This document shows positions 16,651 to 26,307 of a stretch of DNA of 33,669 nucleotides, piece after piece (positions within the stretch are counted from its first letter, which is position 1; every line of letters starts with the position of its first letter). The notes under the pieces were generated by a model. It ran no database searches. It worked only from the letters and a program-made list of their open reading frames with translations, and had not been told where the DNA came from. Source of the stretch: Clostridia bacterium (lineage in GTDB: Bacteria > Bacillota > Sulfobacillia > SLMV01). The DNA is taken from the NCBI GenBank assembly GCA_007136565.1, contig SLGS01000074.1:1-33669 (forward strand), written 5' to 3'. Both the position numbers and the translations under genes were made by a program.

Positions 16651-17610
16651 ATGAGAGCCGTGAAGATCAAGTGGATGATATCTTTTGTCCTGGTGATGGT
16701 CCTGGGACTTGCGCTGGCCTGCGGTGGCCAGGCTGCGGATCCGGATTCCGAGGCGTCGAAGGGGCCGATCACCATCGCCTCCATGATAGACTCCGAGGGC
16801 GCCATCCTCGGCCAAATGATGGTGTTGCTCCTCGAGGCAGAGGGCTTTGAGGTGGACGACAAGACCGAGTTCGGAACGCCGGACATCCTTCGGGGTGCCC
16901 TAATGGGCGGCGAGGTAGACTTGGTCCTGGATTACACCGGCTCTGGCCAGTATTATCATGACGTCGACGATACGGACCCCTGGTCCGATGCGGAGGCTGG
17001 CTACCAGCTGACCCGCGAGTTGGATGCCGAGGCTAACGACATACATTGGCTCACGCCGGCGCCGGCCAATAACACCGAGATGCTGGCCCTGCGGCGGGAC
17101 TTCGCCGAGGAACGCGGGATCGCGGACATGTACGATTTCGCCGAGTACGTGAACGCCGGTGGCGAGGTCAAGCTGATCTCATCGGCGTCCTTCGCCGAGA
17201 ACGTGAAGGGACTCCTGGGTTACGAGCAAGCTTACGGGTTCAATCTCTCGGGGGATCAGTTAATTCTCCTGTCGGCGGGTAACACCGCCGAGATGCTTCG
17301 GGCCCTGGTCGAGGGAACCAACGATGTCAACGTTTCGTTGGTCTACGGGACCGACGGTGCCCTGGAGCAAATGGACCTGGTGGTCATCGATGATCCCGAG
17401 AGCATACCCCCGGTGTACCTCCCGACACCCGTTCTCCGCGGCGAGATCCACGAGCGATATCCGCAGATCGAAGAAATCCTGGCACCGGTATTCGAGACGC
17501 TGACCCTGGAAACGCTTCAAGGTTTGAACGCCGCCGTGGCGTACGAGGGACGGGATCCCACCAGCGTAGCCCGGGAGTACCTGGTATCCCACGGATTCCT
17601 GGAGGAATGA
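16651..17610 (+). CDS. Osmoprotectant (glycine betaine/choline-type) ABC transporter substrate-binding lipoprotein
   Basis: Lipobox LGLALAC-GG. The sequence shows the OpuBC/OsmX-type pattern (ITIASMIDSEGAILGQMM...DLVLDYTGSG...VVIDDPESIPPVYLPTPVLR). Confidence 0.85.
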   Translation: MRAVKIKWMISFVLVMVLGLALACGGQAADPDSEASKGPITIASMIDSEGAILGQMMVLLLEAEGFEVDDKTEFGTPDILRGALMGGEVDLVLDYTGSGQYYHDVDDTDPWSDAEAGYQLTRELDAEANDIHWLTPAPANNTEMLALRRDFAEERGIADMYDFAEYVNAGGEVKLISSASFAENVKGLLGYEQAYGFNLSGDQLILLSAGNTAEMLRALVEGTNDVNVSLVYGTDGALEQMDLVVIDDPESIPPVYLPTPVLRGEIHERYPQIEEILAPVFETLTLETLQGLNAAVAYEGRDPTSVAREYLVSHGFLEE

Positions 17611-18800
17611 GCGCGGAGGCGATGCCGATGACCGACTCGCCGTTGGACAAGGTGACGATGCTCGGGGTACTCCTGTTCGGATTCGCCCTGGCGGTCCCGG
17701 CCTTCGTCACCTATCGCCCGAGTCGAATAGTGCGGGGGGAGCCCCTCTCCGCCCTGGAGTCGGCGGGACCGGCGTTTTGGGCCCTGGTGGCCTTGTTGCT
17801 GGTGATGGCGTTGGCCGCGACATCTCGGGGTTCGGTCCTCCGGGGTATGCCCACGGCCCTGGTCGGGGCCGTGGCGGCGGCGACGGTGGTCTGGGTCGTC
17901 GGATTGGCGGCCCAAGGGCTGGTGACATCCGAAGCACCCTACGCGCGGGTCTCGCTGTCCGCGGGTTTTTGGCTGGCCCTCTTCGGGGCCTACCTGGTCG
18001 TGGTGGGAGGTCTCAGGGGATACGGGGGAGCCGGATCGGCCGCTCTCTCGGTCGGTATCATGCCCCTCGCGTCGGTGGCGGTGATGCTCGTCGCAGGTCA
18101 CCTGGATGATCTATCGATAATGCGCGAATTCTTCAACCGGAGGGGAAGTTTTCTCTCCGAGCTTTCCACCCACGTGACCCTCTCCTTCTCGGCCGTGGGC
18201 GCGGGAACGGTGATCGGACTGATCCTGGCCTTCGTGATCTTTCGATACGTGGCCACCGAGCGTTACCTGTTCTTCTTCGTCAACCTATTCCAAACCATCC
18301 CTACCCTATCGTTTCTGGGACTATTGATGGCACCCCTGGCCTTCTTGGCGGCGCGATATGCTTTCCTCAGGGGGTTCGGCATCAGCGCCATAGGGTGGGC
18401 GCCGGCTTTCATCGTCCTCTTCGCGTACACCCTATTGCCGGTCACCAGTAACGCCCTCGCCGGTTTTCGCATCGTCGAGCCCAGGGTGTTGGAGGCGGCC
18501 CGGGGTATGGGCATGACCGGGAACCAGGTCTTTTGGAGGATACAGTTGCCCCTGGCGCTTCCCGTCATCGTTTCGGGCGTACGGACGGCGCTAACCCAGG
18601 CCATCGGAAACACCATCTTGGCCGGGTTGATCGGCGGCGGTGGGATGGGTACCATCATCTTCCTCGGTTTGGCCCAGGCCGCCCCGGACCTGATACTGCT
18701 GGGGACCATTCCTGTGGTGATCCTCGCCTTGGTAGCGGACTACGCCATGAAGGGATTATCCGAGATGCTGTCGAGAAGCCTGTTGAGGGGTTCGCAATGA
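17607..18800 (+). CDS. ABC transporter permease (BPD_transp_1) with an extra N-terminal multi-TM extension
   Basis: ATGA overlap with the upstream gene. The C-terminal half carries a permease EAA-like region (VLEAARGMGMTGNQVFWRIQLPLALPVIVSGVRTA). The first ~170 residues are additional hydrophobic helices. Confidence 0.85.
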   Translation: MSAEAMPMTDSPLDKVTMLGVLLFGFALAVPAFVTYRPSRIVRGEPLSALESAGPAFWALVALLLVMALAATSRGSVLRGMPTALVGAVAAATVVWVVGLAAQGLVTSEAPYARVSLSAGFWLALFGAYLVVVGGLRGYGGAGSAALSVGIMPLASVAVMLVAGHLDDLSIMREFFNRRGSFLSELSTHVTLSFSAVGAGTVIGLILAFVIFRYVATERYLFFFVNLFQTIPTLSFLGLLMAPLAFLAARYAFLRGFGISAIGWAPAFIVLFAYTLLPVTSNALAGFRIVEPRVLEAARGMGMTGNQVFWRIQLPLALPVIVSGVRTALTQAIGNTILAGLIGGGGMGTIIFLGLAQAAPDLILLGTIPVVILALVADYAMKGLSEMLSRSLLRGSQ

Positions 18801-19759
18801 TAGAAGTCAGGGGAGTCACCAAGGAATACGGGGAGGTAGTCGCCGTACGGGACGTATCCCTCGAGATCGGTCGCGGAGAATTGACCGTGCTCATCGGTCC
18901 CTCGGGGTGCGGCAAGTCCACGCTGATCCGCACCATTAACCGTATGATAGAACCCACCGAGGGGACGGTGGAGATAGACGGCGTCGATGTCCGCGAGAGC
19001 CGCGTGGAGGAACTCCGGCGAGGGATCGGATACGTGATACAAACGGTGGGGCTCTTCCCACACTTTTCCGTCAGGGAGAACATAGCCACGGTGCCGAGGC
19101 TCCTGGGTTGGGAGAGGGAGCGAACGGAGCGACGCGTCATGGAGCTTTTGGACATGATGGGGCTGCATCGCTCCTTCGCCGACAAGCGACCCAGGGAACT
19201 TTCCGGGGGAGAGGCCCAAAGGGTGGGCGTGGCGCGCGCCCTGGCCGCCGACCCCCCCATACTCCTCATGGATGAACCCTTCGGAGCCGTGGATCCCCAG
19301 AATCGGGCCCGACTCCAGGAGGAGTTCTATAGCATACAGAAGCGCCTCAAGAAGACCGTGGTGTTCGTCACCCACGACGTGGAGGAAGCTGTACGCCTGG
19401 CGGATCGCATTGCCTTGATGCGCGCCGGGCGGGTGGTGCAGTACACTACCCCGGAGCGCTTCATCCTGGAACCCGCGGAGGCCTTCGTCTCGGAGTTCCT
19501 CGGGATCGAGTACCCGCTGAGACTCCTGGGGCGACACAGCGTGGCCGACTGTTACCGTAAGGACGCCGCGCCCGGCGATACTCCAGGCCCGGGACAAGCG
19601 GTGCCCATGGATACCCCTACCCGGGAGGCCCTATCTTTGCTGGTGGCCTCCGGCCAGAAACGCCTGGACGTTGTGGATTCCGACGGTAGAGTCGTCGGCA
19701 CTTTCGACTTCGAATCGGTACTGGGTCTGCTCGGGGGTGGTCCCGGTGGCGAAGGCTAA
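18797..19759 (+). CDS. ABC transporter ATP-binding protein (OpuCA/OsmV-like) with a short C-terminal CBS-like region
   Basis: ATGA overlap with the upstream gene. Walker A GPSGCGKST, Q-loop, signature LSGGEAQRV, Walker B ILLMDEPFGAVD and H-loop VTHD are all present. Confidence 0.92.
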   Translation: MIEVRGVTKEYGEVVAVRDVSLEIGRGELTVLIGPSGCGKSTLIRTINRMIEPTEGTVEIDGVDVRESRVEELRRGIGYVIQTVGLFPHFSVRENIATVPRLLGWERERTERRVMELLDMMGLHRSFADKRPRELSGGEAQRVGVARALAADPPILLMDEPFGAVDPQNRARLQEEFYSIQKRLKKTVVFVTHDVEEAVRLADRIALMRAGRVVQYTTPERFILEPAEAFVSEFLGIEYPLRLLGRHSVADCYRKDAAPGDTPGPGQAVPMDTPTREALSLLVASGQKRLDVVDSDGRVVGTFDFESVLGLLGGGPGGEG

Positions 19760-20483
19760 CCGGGTCGGCTGGATCAAGGCCGCGCTACTTTTCGCCGCAT
19801 TCTTCTTCGTCGTATTCCGCTTTGCGACGCTCGAGTCCCTCTTCCCCTCCATATTGGTGCGTCGCGGGATCATGGTCGAACGGGTACCCCTTTGGATGAC
19901 CGCCTGGCAACACGTCTACCTTGTGGTCATATCCAGCGCCATGTCCGTGGCGGTGGCCGTCGCCCTGGGCGTGATCACCTTCTTCCCCTTCGCCCGGGAG
20001 TTTCGAGACCTGTTCATCGAACTGTCCAACCTGGGGGAAACTTTTCCCTCGGTGGCGATAATCGCCTTGACGGTTCCGATGCTCGGGTACGGATTCTGGC
20101 CCGTCCTCCTCGCCCTCTTCATCTACGGGATCCTGCCCGTACTGCGCAATACCATCACGGGAATCGAGAACGTGGACCCGTCGGTGCTGGATTCGGCCCG
20201 GGGCATGGGGATGGGCCAGGTGGAGACCATCCTTCGCGTGGCACTACCACTGGCGCTGCCAGTCATCGTCGCCGGGATCAGGACCTCGGTTATCATCAAT
20301 ATAGGGGCGGCCACCATCGGGGCTACTGTGGGTGCCGGGGGGTTCGGGATCCCCATAATCAGCGGTATCAGGAGCAACGATATGGCCCTGGTCCTGCGCG
20401 GGTCCATCCCCGTAGCCCTGCTGGCCGTGTCCGCGGACAGTCTTTTCGCCCTGGCCGAAGATGCGGTGTCCCGAGGGAGCTGA
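19746..20483 (+). CDS. ABC transporter permease (second membrane subunit)
   Basis: The in-frame GTG at 19746 overlaps the ATPase 3' end. EAA-like region VLDSARGMGMGQVETILRVALPLALPVIVAGIRTS is present. The track ORF from 19671 overlaps the ATPase gene extensively. Confidence 0.85.
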   Translation: MAKANRVGWIKAALLFAAFFFVVFRFATLESLFPSILVRRGIMVERVPLWMTAWQHVYLVVISSAMSVAVAVALGVITFFPFAREFRDLFIELSNLGETFPSVAIIALTVPMLGYGFWPVLLALFIYGILPVLRNTITGIENVDPSVLDSARGMGMGQVETILRVALPLALPVIVAGIRTSVIINIGAATIGATVGAGGFGIPIISGIRSNDMALVLRGSIPVALLAVSADSLFALAEDAVSRGS

Positions 20484-20626
20484 GGACACCCGGGCGGCAG
20501 GTCCGGGGCTTAGCCGGGTCGAAGGCGCGATGGGATGGTCGCGGGGTCCGCCGACCGGGGGTCCAGCGTATCGATGAAGGATCGAGATGTCCGGCGAAAT
20601 GACGCCGGTGCAGATGGGAGTGGAGA

Positions 20627-21592
20627 ATGGATAGATATCTAGTTACGGGAACCAGCGGGTTCGTCGGGGCCTCGGTGCTCGTGGAACTGTTGCGGGGCGG
20701 GGCCGAGGTGGTCGCCTGCGACTACGCCGAAGCCGACGCCGACTTGAAAGCGGAAGCGGAGGCCGCCGGTCGAGTCAGGTGGGTGCGAATGGACGTGAGC
20801 AGAGACAGCGATTGGGAGGCGTTACCCGGGGGAGACTACCGGGCCCTGATCCACACCGCCGCTGTTACCGCTCCCGAATCCGATTCGGATCCGAAGAGGA
20901 CGGCCGACGTCAATTTCACCGGAACCGTCAACGCCCTGGAGTGGGCTTTTCGCCGCGGAGTGCCGAGGACGGTGTGCACGAGTTCTTCGGCGGTATATAG
21001 GTATACGGAATCCACGGCTCCCCTCTCGGAGGAAATGTGCGTGGATCCCCGTTTCACCTACGGGTTGACCAAGATCTTCTCCGAGAGATATCTCTCGGTT
21101 TATCGGGAAAACCTGGGCCTCGACGCCTGCTCCGTCAGGCTACCCTCGATGTACGGTCCCAGGGAACGCCCCACGCAAACCAGGACCGACATGTCCCCGG
21201 TGTACCACATGGCGCGCGCCGTCGCCCGGGGGGAGGACATCGCCGTGTCGGGAGCCGACATCGCCCGGGATTGGACGTACGTGGGAGATGCGGCCGGGGG
21301 CCTGGTACACCTTTGCGGCGTGGAGGGTGGACCGGACGTCTTGAACCTCTCCACCGGTGTTTTCGTCCCCCTTTGGGAAATAGTGGAGGCCTTCCACCGG
21401 GTCCGTCCGGGCCACGGGATCGGCATCGTCGAGGATGGATGCGCGGACCTGGCCATGACAGGCACCAGCGGAGGGCAGCCCATGAATCCGGACCGGCTCC
21501 ACGAGACCGGGTTTTCCGCGGAAACCGGGATCGACGAGGGCCTTTCCGCGTACCTCGAATGGCTGGAGGCTGACCCCGGGCGCCTCGCGTGA
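20627..21592 (+). CDS. NAD-dependent epimerase/dehydratase (extended SDR) family protein
   Basis: VTGTSGFVGASV (GxxGxxG) and YGLTKIFSE (YxxxK). A ggagtggaga RBS precedes the start. Confidence 0.85.
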   Translation: MDRYLVTGTSGFVGASVLVELLRGGAEVVACDYAEADADLKAEAEAAGRVRWVRMDVSRDSDWEALPGGDYRALIHTAAVTAPESDSDPKRTADVNFTGTVNALEWAFRRGVPRTVCTSSSAVYRYTESTAPLSEEMCVDPRFTYGLTKIFSERYLSVYRENLGLDACSVRLPSMYGPRERPTQTRTDMSPVYHMARAVARGEDIAVSGADIARDWTYVGDAAGGLVHLCGVEGGPDVLNLSTGVFVPLWEIVEAFHRVRPGHGIGIVEDGCADLAMTGTSGGQPMNPDRLHETGFSAETGIDEGLSAYLEWLEADPGRLA

Positions 21593-21597
21593 ATGGC

Positions 21598-21615
21598 GCA
21601 TCCGGGAACGGATGC
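21598..21615 (+). terminator. Perfect 7-bp hairpin with a GGAA tetraloop directly after the epimerase stop
   Basis: gcatccg GGAA cggatgc. No U-tract follows. Confidence 0.35.
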
Positions 21616-21804
21616 CCGGCGGCGGTCGACGCATCCGCGAAGGTCGCATGCCGCCGGGCTTCTCCTGGTTGGTGATGGTAAGTTCCGCAGGAGATGTCTT
21701 GTCACGCGCGAATAGATCCGCGAAGGTCTTCGAATTCCGGGCGGCCCCGTTCCTTTGCGCACCGGGGGTCCAGGACCAGATCGGGTGGGAGTTGAGCGGA
21801 TAGA

Positions 21805-24150
21805 GTGAAGATCCTCGACCGTCGCCTCGTTAGAAATATGAATAGTTCCCGCGCTCAGATGTTGGCCGTCACCGTGGTCATCATCATGGGCCTGGTGGCG
21901 TTTACGATGCTCTCCACGATATCCGAGAACATGTCCGATTCCCTCTACAGCTACTACGAAAGCCAGGCCTTCGCCGACCTGCACCTGGAGTTTTCCTGGA
22001 CGGACGTGGCGACGGTGGACGAGATCCTCAGGGTGGAGGGTGTTCGCGGGGCCGAGGGTCGCGCGGTCGTGCAAACCAGGGCGCCCCTGGCGGAGGATCA
22101 CGAGCCCACCCTCCGATTGATCGGGACCCCTCCCGGGTCATCCGTCAATATACCCTACCTAGTCGAGGGCAGGATGCCCTCGGGAGACCTGGAGATCGCG
22201 CTCTTGCATTCTTTCGCCCGGGCGAACGATATCGGACCCGGGGACGAGATTCCGGTGGTCTTGAGCGGCCGGGAGACGAGTTTTACCGTGGTCGGCCTGG
22301 CGATGTCTCCGGAGTTCACCTACGCCATCGAAGACATCCGCTCTATGCTTCCCGACGATCGTGGTTTCGGCGTGGGGTTCGTCGCCCTGTCCGATCTCCA
22401 GGAGCGGGTGGGCGGCTACGGGAGGATGAATTCGGCCACCGTGCTTCTCGAGCCCTCGGCGGATCCCGACGACGTCGCAGATGCCATCGAGGACCGAGTG
22501 ACGGGTTGGGGATTGCGTTCGGTTATCACCCGGGATGATCACATCAGCCACACCATGGTGGAGATGGAGTTGGACGGGCTGGAGCAGGTATCGCAGATGA
22601 TCCCCGTCGCATTCCTCGGTATCGCCGCGGTGGTCATATACATGATGCTCTCTCGCATGATCCAAGATGATCGCGCTTCCATCGGGATACTCAAGGCCAC
22701 CGGCTATACCGACGGGGAGATCCTTTTCCACTACTTCAAGTACGCTTTGGTCATGGGGATAATCGGCGCGGTCATCGGGTTGGCGTCGGGGCAACTGCTC
22801 TCCATACCCTTTTCGGCGTTTTTCGTCGAGTTCTTCCACATACCGGACATCCGGGCCACCGTGGATCCGCTGTATCATCTCATCGGGTTCACCGTCACCG
22901 TCGCCTTCTGCGGAGCCACCGGGCTGCTCGCCGCCCGGGGTACCCTGGGAGTGGCGCCGGCCGAAGCCCTCCGGCCGCCGGCACCGCCGCCGGGGAGTAA
23001 GAATATGATCGAGATCCTAGCGCCCGCGAGCTGGGATGCCATTCCCTTCGCGTGGAGGACGGCCCTCAGGTATATCTTCCGCGGCAAGAGACGTTTCTTT
23101 CTCGGGATGATGGGAGTTGCCCTGACCTTCACCGTGGTACTCCTGCCCGTTTACGCCTACTCCGCCATGATGGGGATCTTCGTGGACCAGTTCCAGGAAC
23201 TGGACGTGTACGACTTCACGGTATCCTTCGATGCACCCGTCACCTTGGCCGGAGCCCGGGATATATTGCGGGACGTTCGGGTGGAGGAAGTCGAACCCTT
23301 CATGGAATACCCGGTATCTATAGAGTGGGGCTGGCGGGAGCAGGGTATGGTTGCCAAGGCCCTGCCCGCGGGGGCGGCCCTCCAGCGCTTCGAGGACCTC
23401 AACGGATCGGAGCGCACCGTGCCGGAGCGCGGGATCTTCATTTCCGAATACGTGGCGGACAGGCTCGGGGTGGCCGCGGGGGATTTCGTGGAAGTTTCTT
23501 CTCCGATGGTTCGCGACAGGACGGTGCAGATGCCGGTGCGAGCCGTGGTGGTGCAATACCTGGGTTCGGGAGTGTACATGTCCATCGATCAGATGCGCGC
23601 CCTGGTTGGTGGAGGAGCGGGGTACGACGGCGTCTTGCTCAACTCGGGCGACGACGTCTCCACGATACTCTCCGGCACGCGCGGCGTGGCCAGTGTACAA
23701 TCCACGCAGGAACTGGTGGATAGGTTCATGGATTACCTGGGGTTTTTCATCTTCGCCCTGGGCTTCTACTCCGTCGTCGGGGGCGTCCTGGGGTTCGCCA
23801 TCCTTTTCAACACGGTTTCCGCCAGCGTATCCGAGAGGCGACGGGAAATCGCTTCGCTTCGGGTCCTCGGGTATTCCAAGGCCGAGGTCTTCGGACTGTT
23901 GGTACGGGAGAACCTCCTGGCCATCATCATGGGATTGGTCGTGGGTTTACCCATGGGCTACAGCATGGTCGCGCTCATAGTTCACTACTTCAGCACGGAA
24001 CTATTCTCCTTGCCCCTGAAGATCAGTCCCGAGGCCGTGGCCTTCGCCGCGGCGATGACGGTGGGTTTCTCGACGATCACGATGTTGGCGGTGAGGGTTC
24101 GGGTTCGGAGGATGGGGTTCCTGGAGGCCCTGACCTCGAGGTTGAGCTGA
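21805..24150 (+). CDS. FtsX/MacB-type ABC transporter permease with two FtsX domains (about 780 aa)
   Basis: The N-terminus LVRNMNSSRAQMLAVTVVIIMG matches the FtsX-family pattern. Two 4-TM FtsX-like blocks are present (around ILKATGYTDGEILFHYF and LRVLGYSKAEVFGLLVRE), separated by large extracytoplasmic regions. The start is GTG. Confidence 0.85.
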   Translation: MKILDRRLVRNMNSSRAQMLAVTVVIIMGLVAFTMLSTISENMSDSLYSYYESQAFADLHLEFSWTDVATVDEILRVEGVRGAEGRAVVQTRAPLAEDHEPTLRLIGTPPGSSVNIPYLVEGRMPSGDLEIALLHSFARANDIGPGDEIPVVLSGRETSFTVVGLAMSPEFTYAIEDIRSMLPDDRGFGVGFVALSDLQERVGGYGRMNSATVLLEPSADPDDVADAIEDRVTGWGLRSVITRDDHISHTMVEMELDGLEQVSQMIPVAFLGIAAVVIYMMLSRMIQDDRASIGILKATGYTDGEILFHYFKYALVMGIIGAVIGLASGQLLSIPFSAFFVEFFHIPDIRATVDPLYHLIGFTVTVAFCGATGLLAARGTLGVAPAEALRPPAPPPGSKNMIEILAPASWDAIPFAWRTALRYIFRGKRRFFLGMMGVALTFTVVLLPVYAYSAMMGIFVDQFQELDVYDFTVSFDAPVTLAGARDILRDVRVEEVEPFMEYPVSIEWGWREQGMVAKALPAGAALQRFEDLNGSERTVPERGIFISEYVADRLGVAAGDFVEVSSPMVRDRTVQMPVRAVVVQYLGSGVYMSIDQMRALVGGGAGYDGVLLNSGDDVSTILSGTRGVASVQSTQELVDRFMDYLGFFIFALGFYSVVGGVLGFAILFNTVSASVSERRREIASLRVLGYSKAEVFGLLVRENLLAIIMGLVVGLPMGYSMVALIVHYFSTELFSLPLKISPEAVAFAAAMTVGFSTITMLAVRVRVRRMGFLEALTSRLS

Positions 24151-24210
24151 TCCCGCCGCCCGGCAGTGCATGAATACTGAGTTGTGTCCCGGGAAGGATG
24201 GTCTCACGTG

Positions 24211-25197
24211 ATGGATGGGCACCCGACCCCGAAGTTGAAGCCGCCCGAATTCCGCGATGTCTTGATGGCGAGAAAGAGAATCGAACCATACCTTCGTCCC
24301 ACCCCGGTCTTCCAATCCCCCCTGCTGGATGAATCCCTCGGTTTCCGCGCACACGTCAAGTGCGAAAACCTCCAACCCACCGGAGCCTTCAAGGTCAGGG
24401 GTGGGGTCAACCTCATGTCGGTACTGGCCGAGGAGTTCGGTGACCTCGATGTGATCACCGCGTCTACGGGAAACCACGGCCAGTCCATCGCCTACGCCGG
24501 GGCGCTCTTCGGAGCGGATGTCGCGGTCCACGTCCCCGTGGACGCCGAACCCCTGAAGGTGCGAGCCATGGAGACCATGGGCGCCCGGGTCGTGGCCCGG
24601 GGACGGGATTACGACGAGGCCCGAGAGGAGGCGCAGCGGATAGCGGAGCGCGAGGGCCGTTACTTCGTGCACACATCCAACGAACCGCACCTCATCGCGG
24701 GAGTGGGAACCTCCACATTGGAACTACTGGAAGTGGTGCCCGATCTCGACGTTCTGATAATCCCCATCGGCGGGGGAAGTGGGGCTTGCGGGGGAGGGCT
24801 GGTGGCCAAGACCATCAATCCCGGGATCCGCGTGATAGGGGTGCAATCCGAGGGTGCCGACGCTGTCCACCGTTCGTGGAAGAGCGGGACGCTTCAGACC
24901 ACGCCCGAGGTCCGCACCTTCGCCGGCGGACTGGCCACCCGGGTAGCCTTCGAATTGCCCTTTGGGATGCTTTCTGAACTCCTGGACGATTTCGTCCTGG
25001 TATCCGACGCGGAACTGTACGAAGCGATCCATTTCCTCGTCGAGATGACCCATCAGGTGGCGGAGGGCGCCGGTGCCGCATCCACCGCCGCGGCTTTGCG
25101 GATGAGGGAAGAACTGTCCGGCCTCGACGTGGGATTGATGCTCAGCGGAGGGAACATCGGGGTGGAGTCGATGTTCGGGGGAGCGAAACGCGGGTAG
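24211..25197 (+). CDS. PLP-dependent threonine/serine dehydratase family enzyme (fold type II)
   Basis: KCENLQPTGAFKVRG (PLP lysine), STGNHGQSIAYAG and IIPIGGGSGACGG. ATG 24211 follows ggaagga. The ORF is open from GTG 24184. Confidence 0.85.
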   Translation: MDGHPTPKLKPPEFRDVLMARKRIEPYLRPTPVFQSPLLDESLGFRAHVKCENLQPTGAFKVRGGVNLMSVLAEEFGDLDVITASTGNHGQSIAYAGALFGADVAVHVPVDAEPLKVRAMETMGARVVARGRDYDEAREEAQRIAEREGRYFVHTSNEPHLIAGVGTSTLELLEVVPDLDVLIIPIGGGSGACGGGLVAKTINPGIRVIGVQSEGADAVHRSWKSGTLQTTPEVRTFAGGLATRVAFELPFGMLSELLDDFVLVSDAELYEAIHFLVEMTHQVAEGAGAASTAAALRMREELSGLDVGLMLSGGNIGVESMFGGAKRG

Positions 25198-25236
25198 GCG
25201 CCCCCCCGAGATGGTTTCCTAAGAGCTCGAATCGTC

Positions 25237-26085
25237 CTAGTCCAGTGCACCTTCCATGACTATGAACTCGTGGGCGTCGAAGGAGAAACCCCATCGCCGC
25301 AATAGATCGCCGATATCCGTCCTGTGCGGAGGGAAGAGGCAGGCGATCTTGGAAACCCCGGTTTCGCGGGCCCGGGCGATGCCCTCTCGCAAGCCGACTT
25401 CGGCGTCGCCACCCAGGTAGGCGATGTGGAACTCGCGCTCGGGCATGAAACGGGCTCCCATGAACGCGATGTTCCCGAGGGAATCCCCGTAAAACTTGCC
25501 CTCCCGGGCCCAGACCCGGAGGGTGTCCGGGGAGAATGTGAAGAAGGTCCGGTTCATCACGGTGAAATCGCCCCATTCCCTTCGGCCCCGTGCCGCGGTC
25601 ATCCGGACCTCCCCGGGATCGTCGATGGGGGAGAGAGTCCCCGGGGGGCCGGTTTCCGGCAGATGTTCCGGCGCAGCGAGGGCACCGCGGAAAGTGGCCG
25701 CGACGGAGAAACCGAACAGCTCCGCCAGGCCCTTGCTGGCGGCATTGGTTACCCCGGTGTACATTCGCATGGTGGTAACGCCCCTCGGGCGCGCCAGATG
25801 AAAGAACCAGCGATAGAACTCCTTGCCGACTCCGAGCCCCTGGTACTCGGGCGAAACCCGAAGGGATTCCAACCACGCGGAACCGTCGGGAAGGATGGTG
25901 AACTTCCCGCAGCCGGCGGGTCGGCCATCGATCTCCGCGATACCGAACCCACCCCTCTCATCGGCGATGAACTCGTCGAAGACCTCTTCGAGATACCTGT
26001 GATTGGGCATGGCCCCGGCCTCGATGTGGGCCACGGCTTCGCGATCGGTGGGACGAACCGACCGCAATCTAATGTTCTCGGGCAT
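25237..26085 (-). CDS. GNAT family N-acetyltransferase with an additional C-terminal domain
   Basis: LESLRVSPEYQGLGVGKEF (acetyl-CoA binding Q/RxxGxG). ATG 26085 is preceded by GGAGG at 7-nt spacing. The track start, GTG 26121, has no RBS. Confidence 0.8.
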   Translation of the reverse strand: MPENIRLRSVRPTDREAVAHIEAGAMPNHRYLEEVFDEFIADERGGFGIAEIDGRPAGCGKFTILPDGSAWLESLRVSPEYQGLGVGKEFYRWFFHLARPRGVTTMRMYTGVTNAASKGLAELFGFSVAATFRGALAAPEHLPETGPPGTLSPIDDPGEVRMTAARGRREWGDFTVMNRTFFTFSPDTLRVWAREGKFYGDSLGNIAFMGARFMPEREFHIAYLGGDAEVGLREGIARARETGVSKIACLFPPHRTDIGDLLRRWGFSFDAHEFIVMEGALD

Positions 26086-26307
26086 GAAATGACCTCCAGT
26101 CAAAGTTGCTATCGACTCCACCAGATGAGTGTATCATTCTTCCCGGGTGACGTTCCTCCTTCGATCTCGTGGGTCGGAGAAGGTCTTTTCGCGGCGTGCG
26201 CCGGCCGCGCGGGCGTGGTAGACTCTACCCGTCGTCCGGGTGCACGGGGTGCAGTTCGTTTAGTCGTTGCCCGGGGATAAAACGAGTTTTCGGGGTGATC
26301 CCATACC

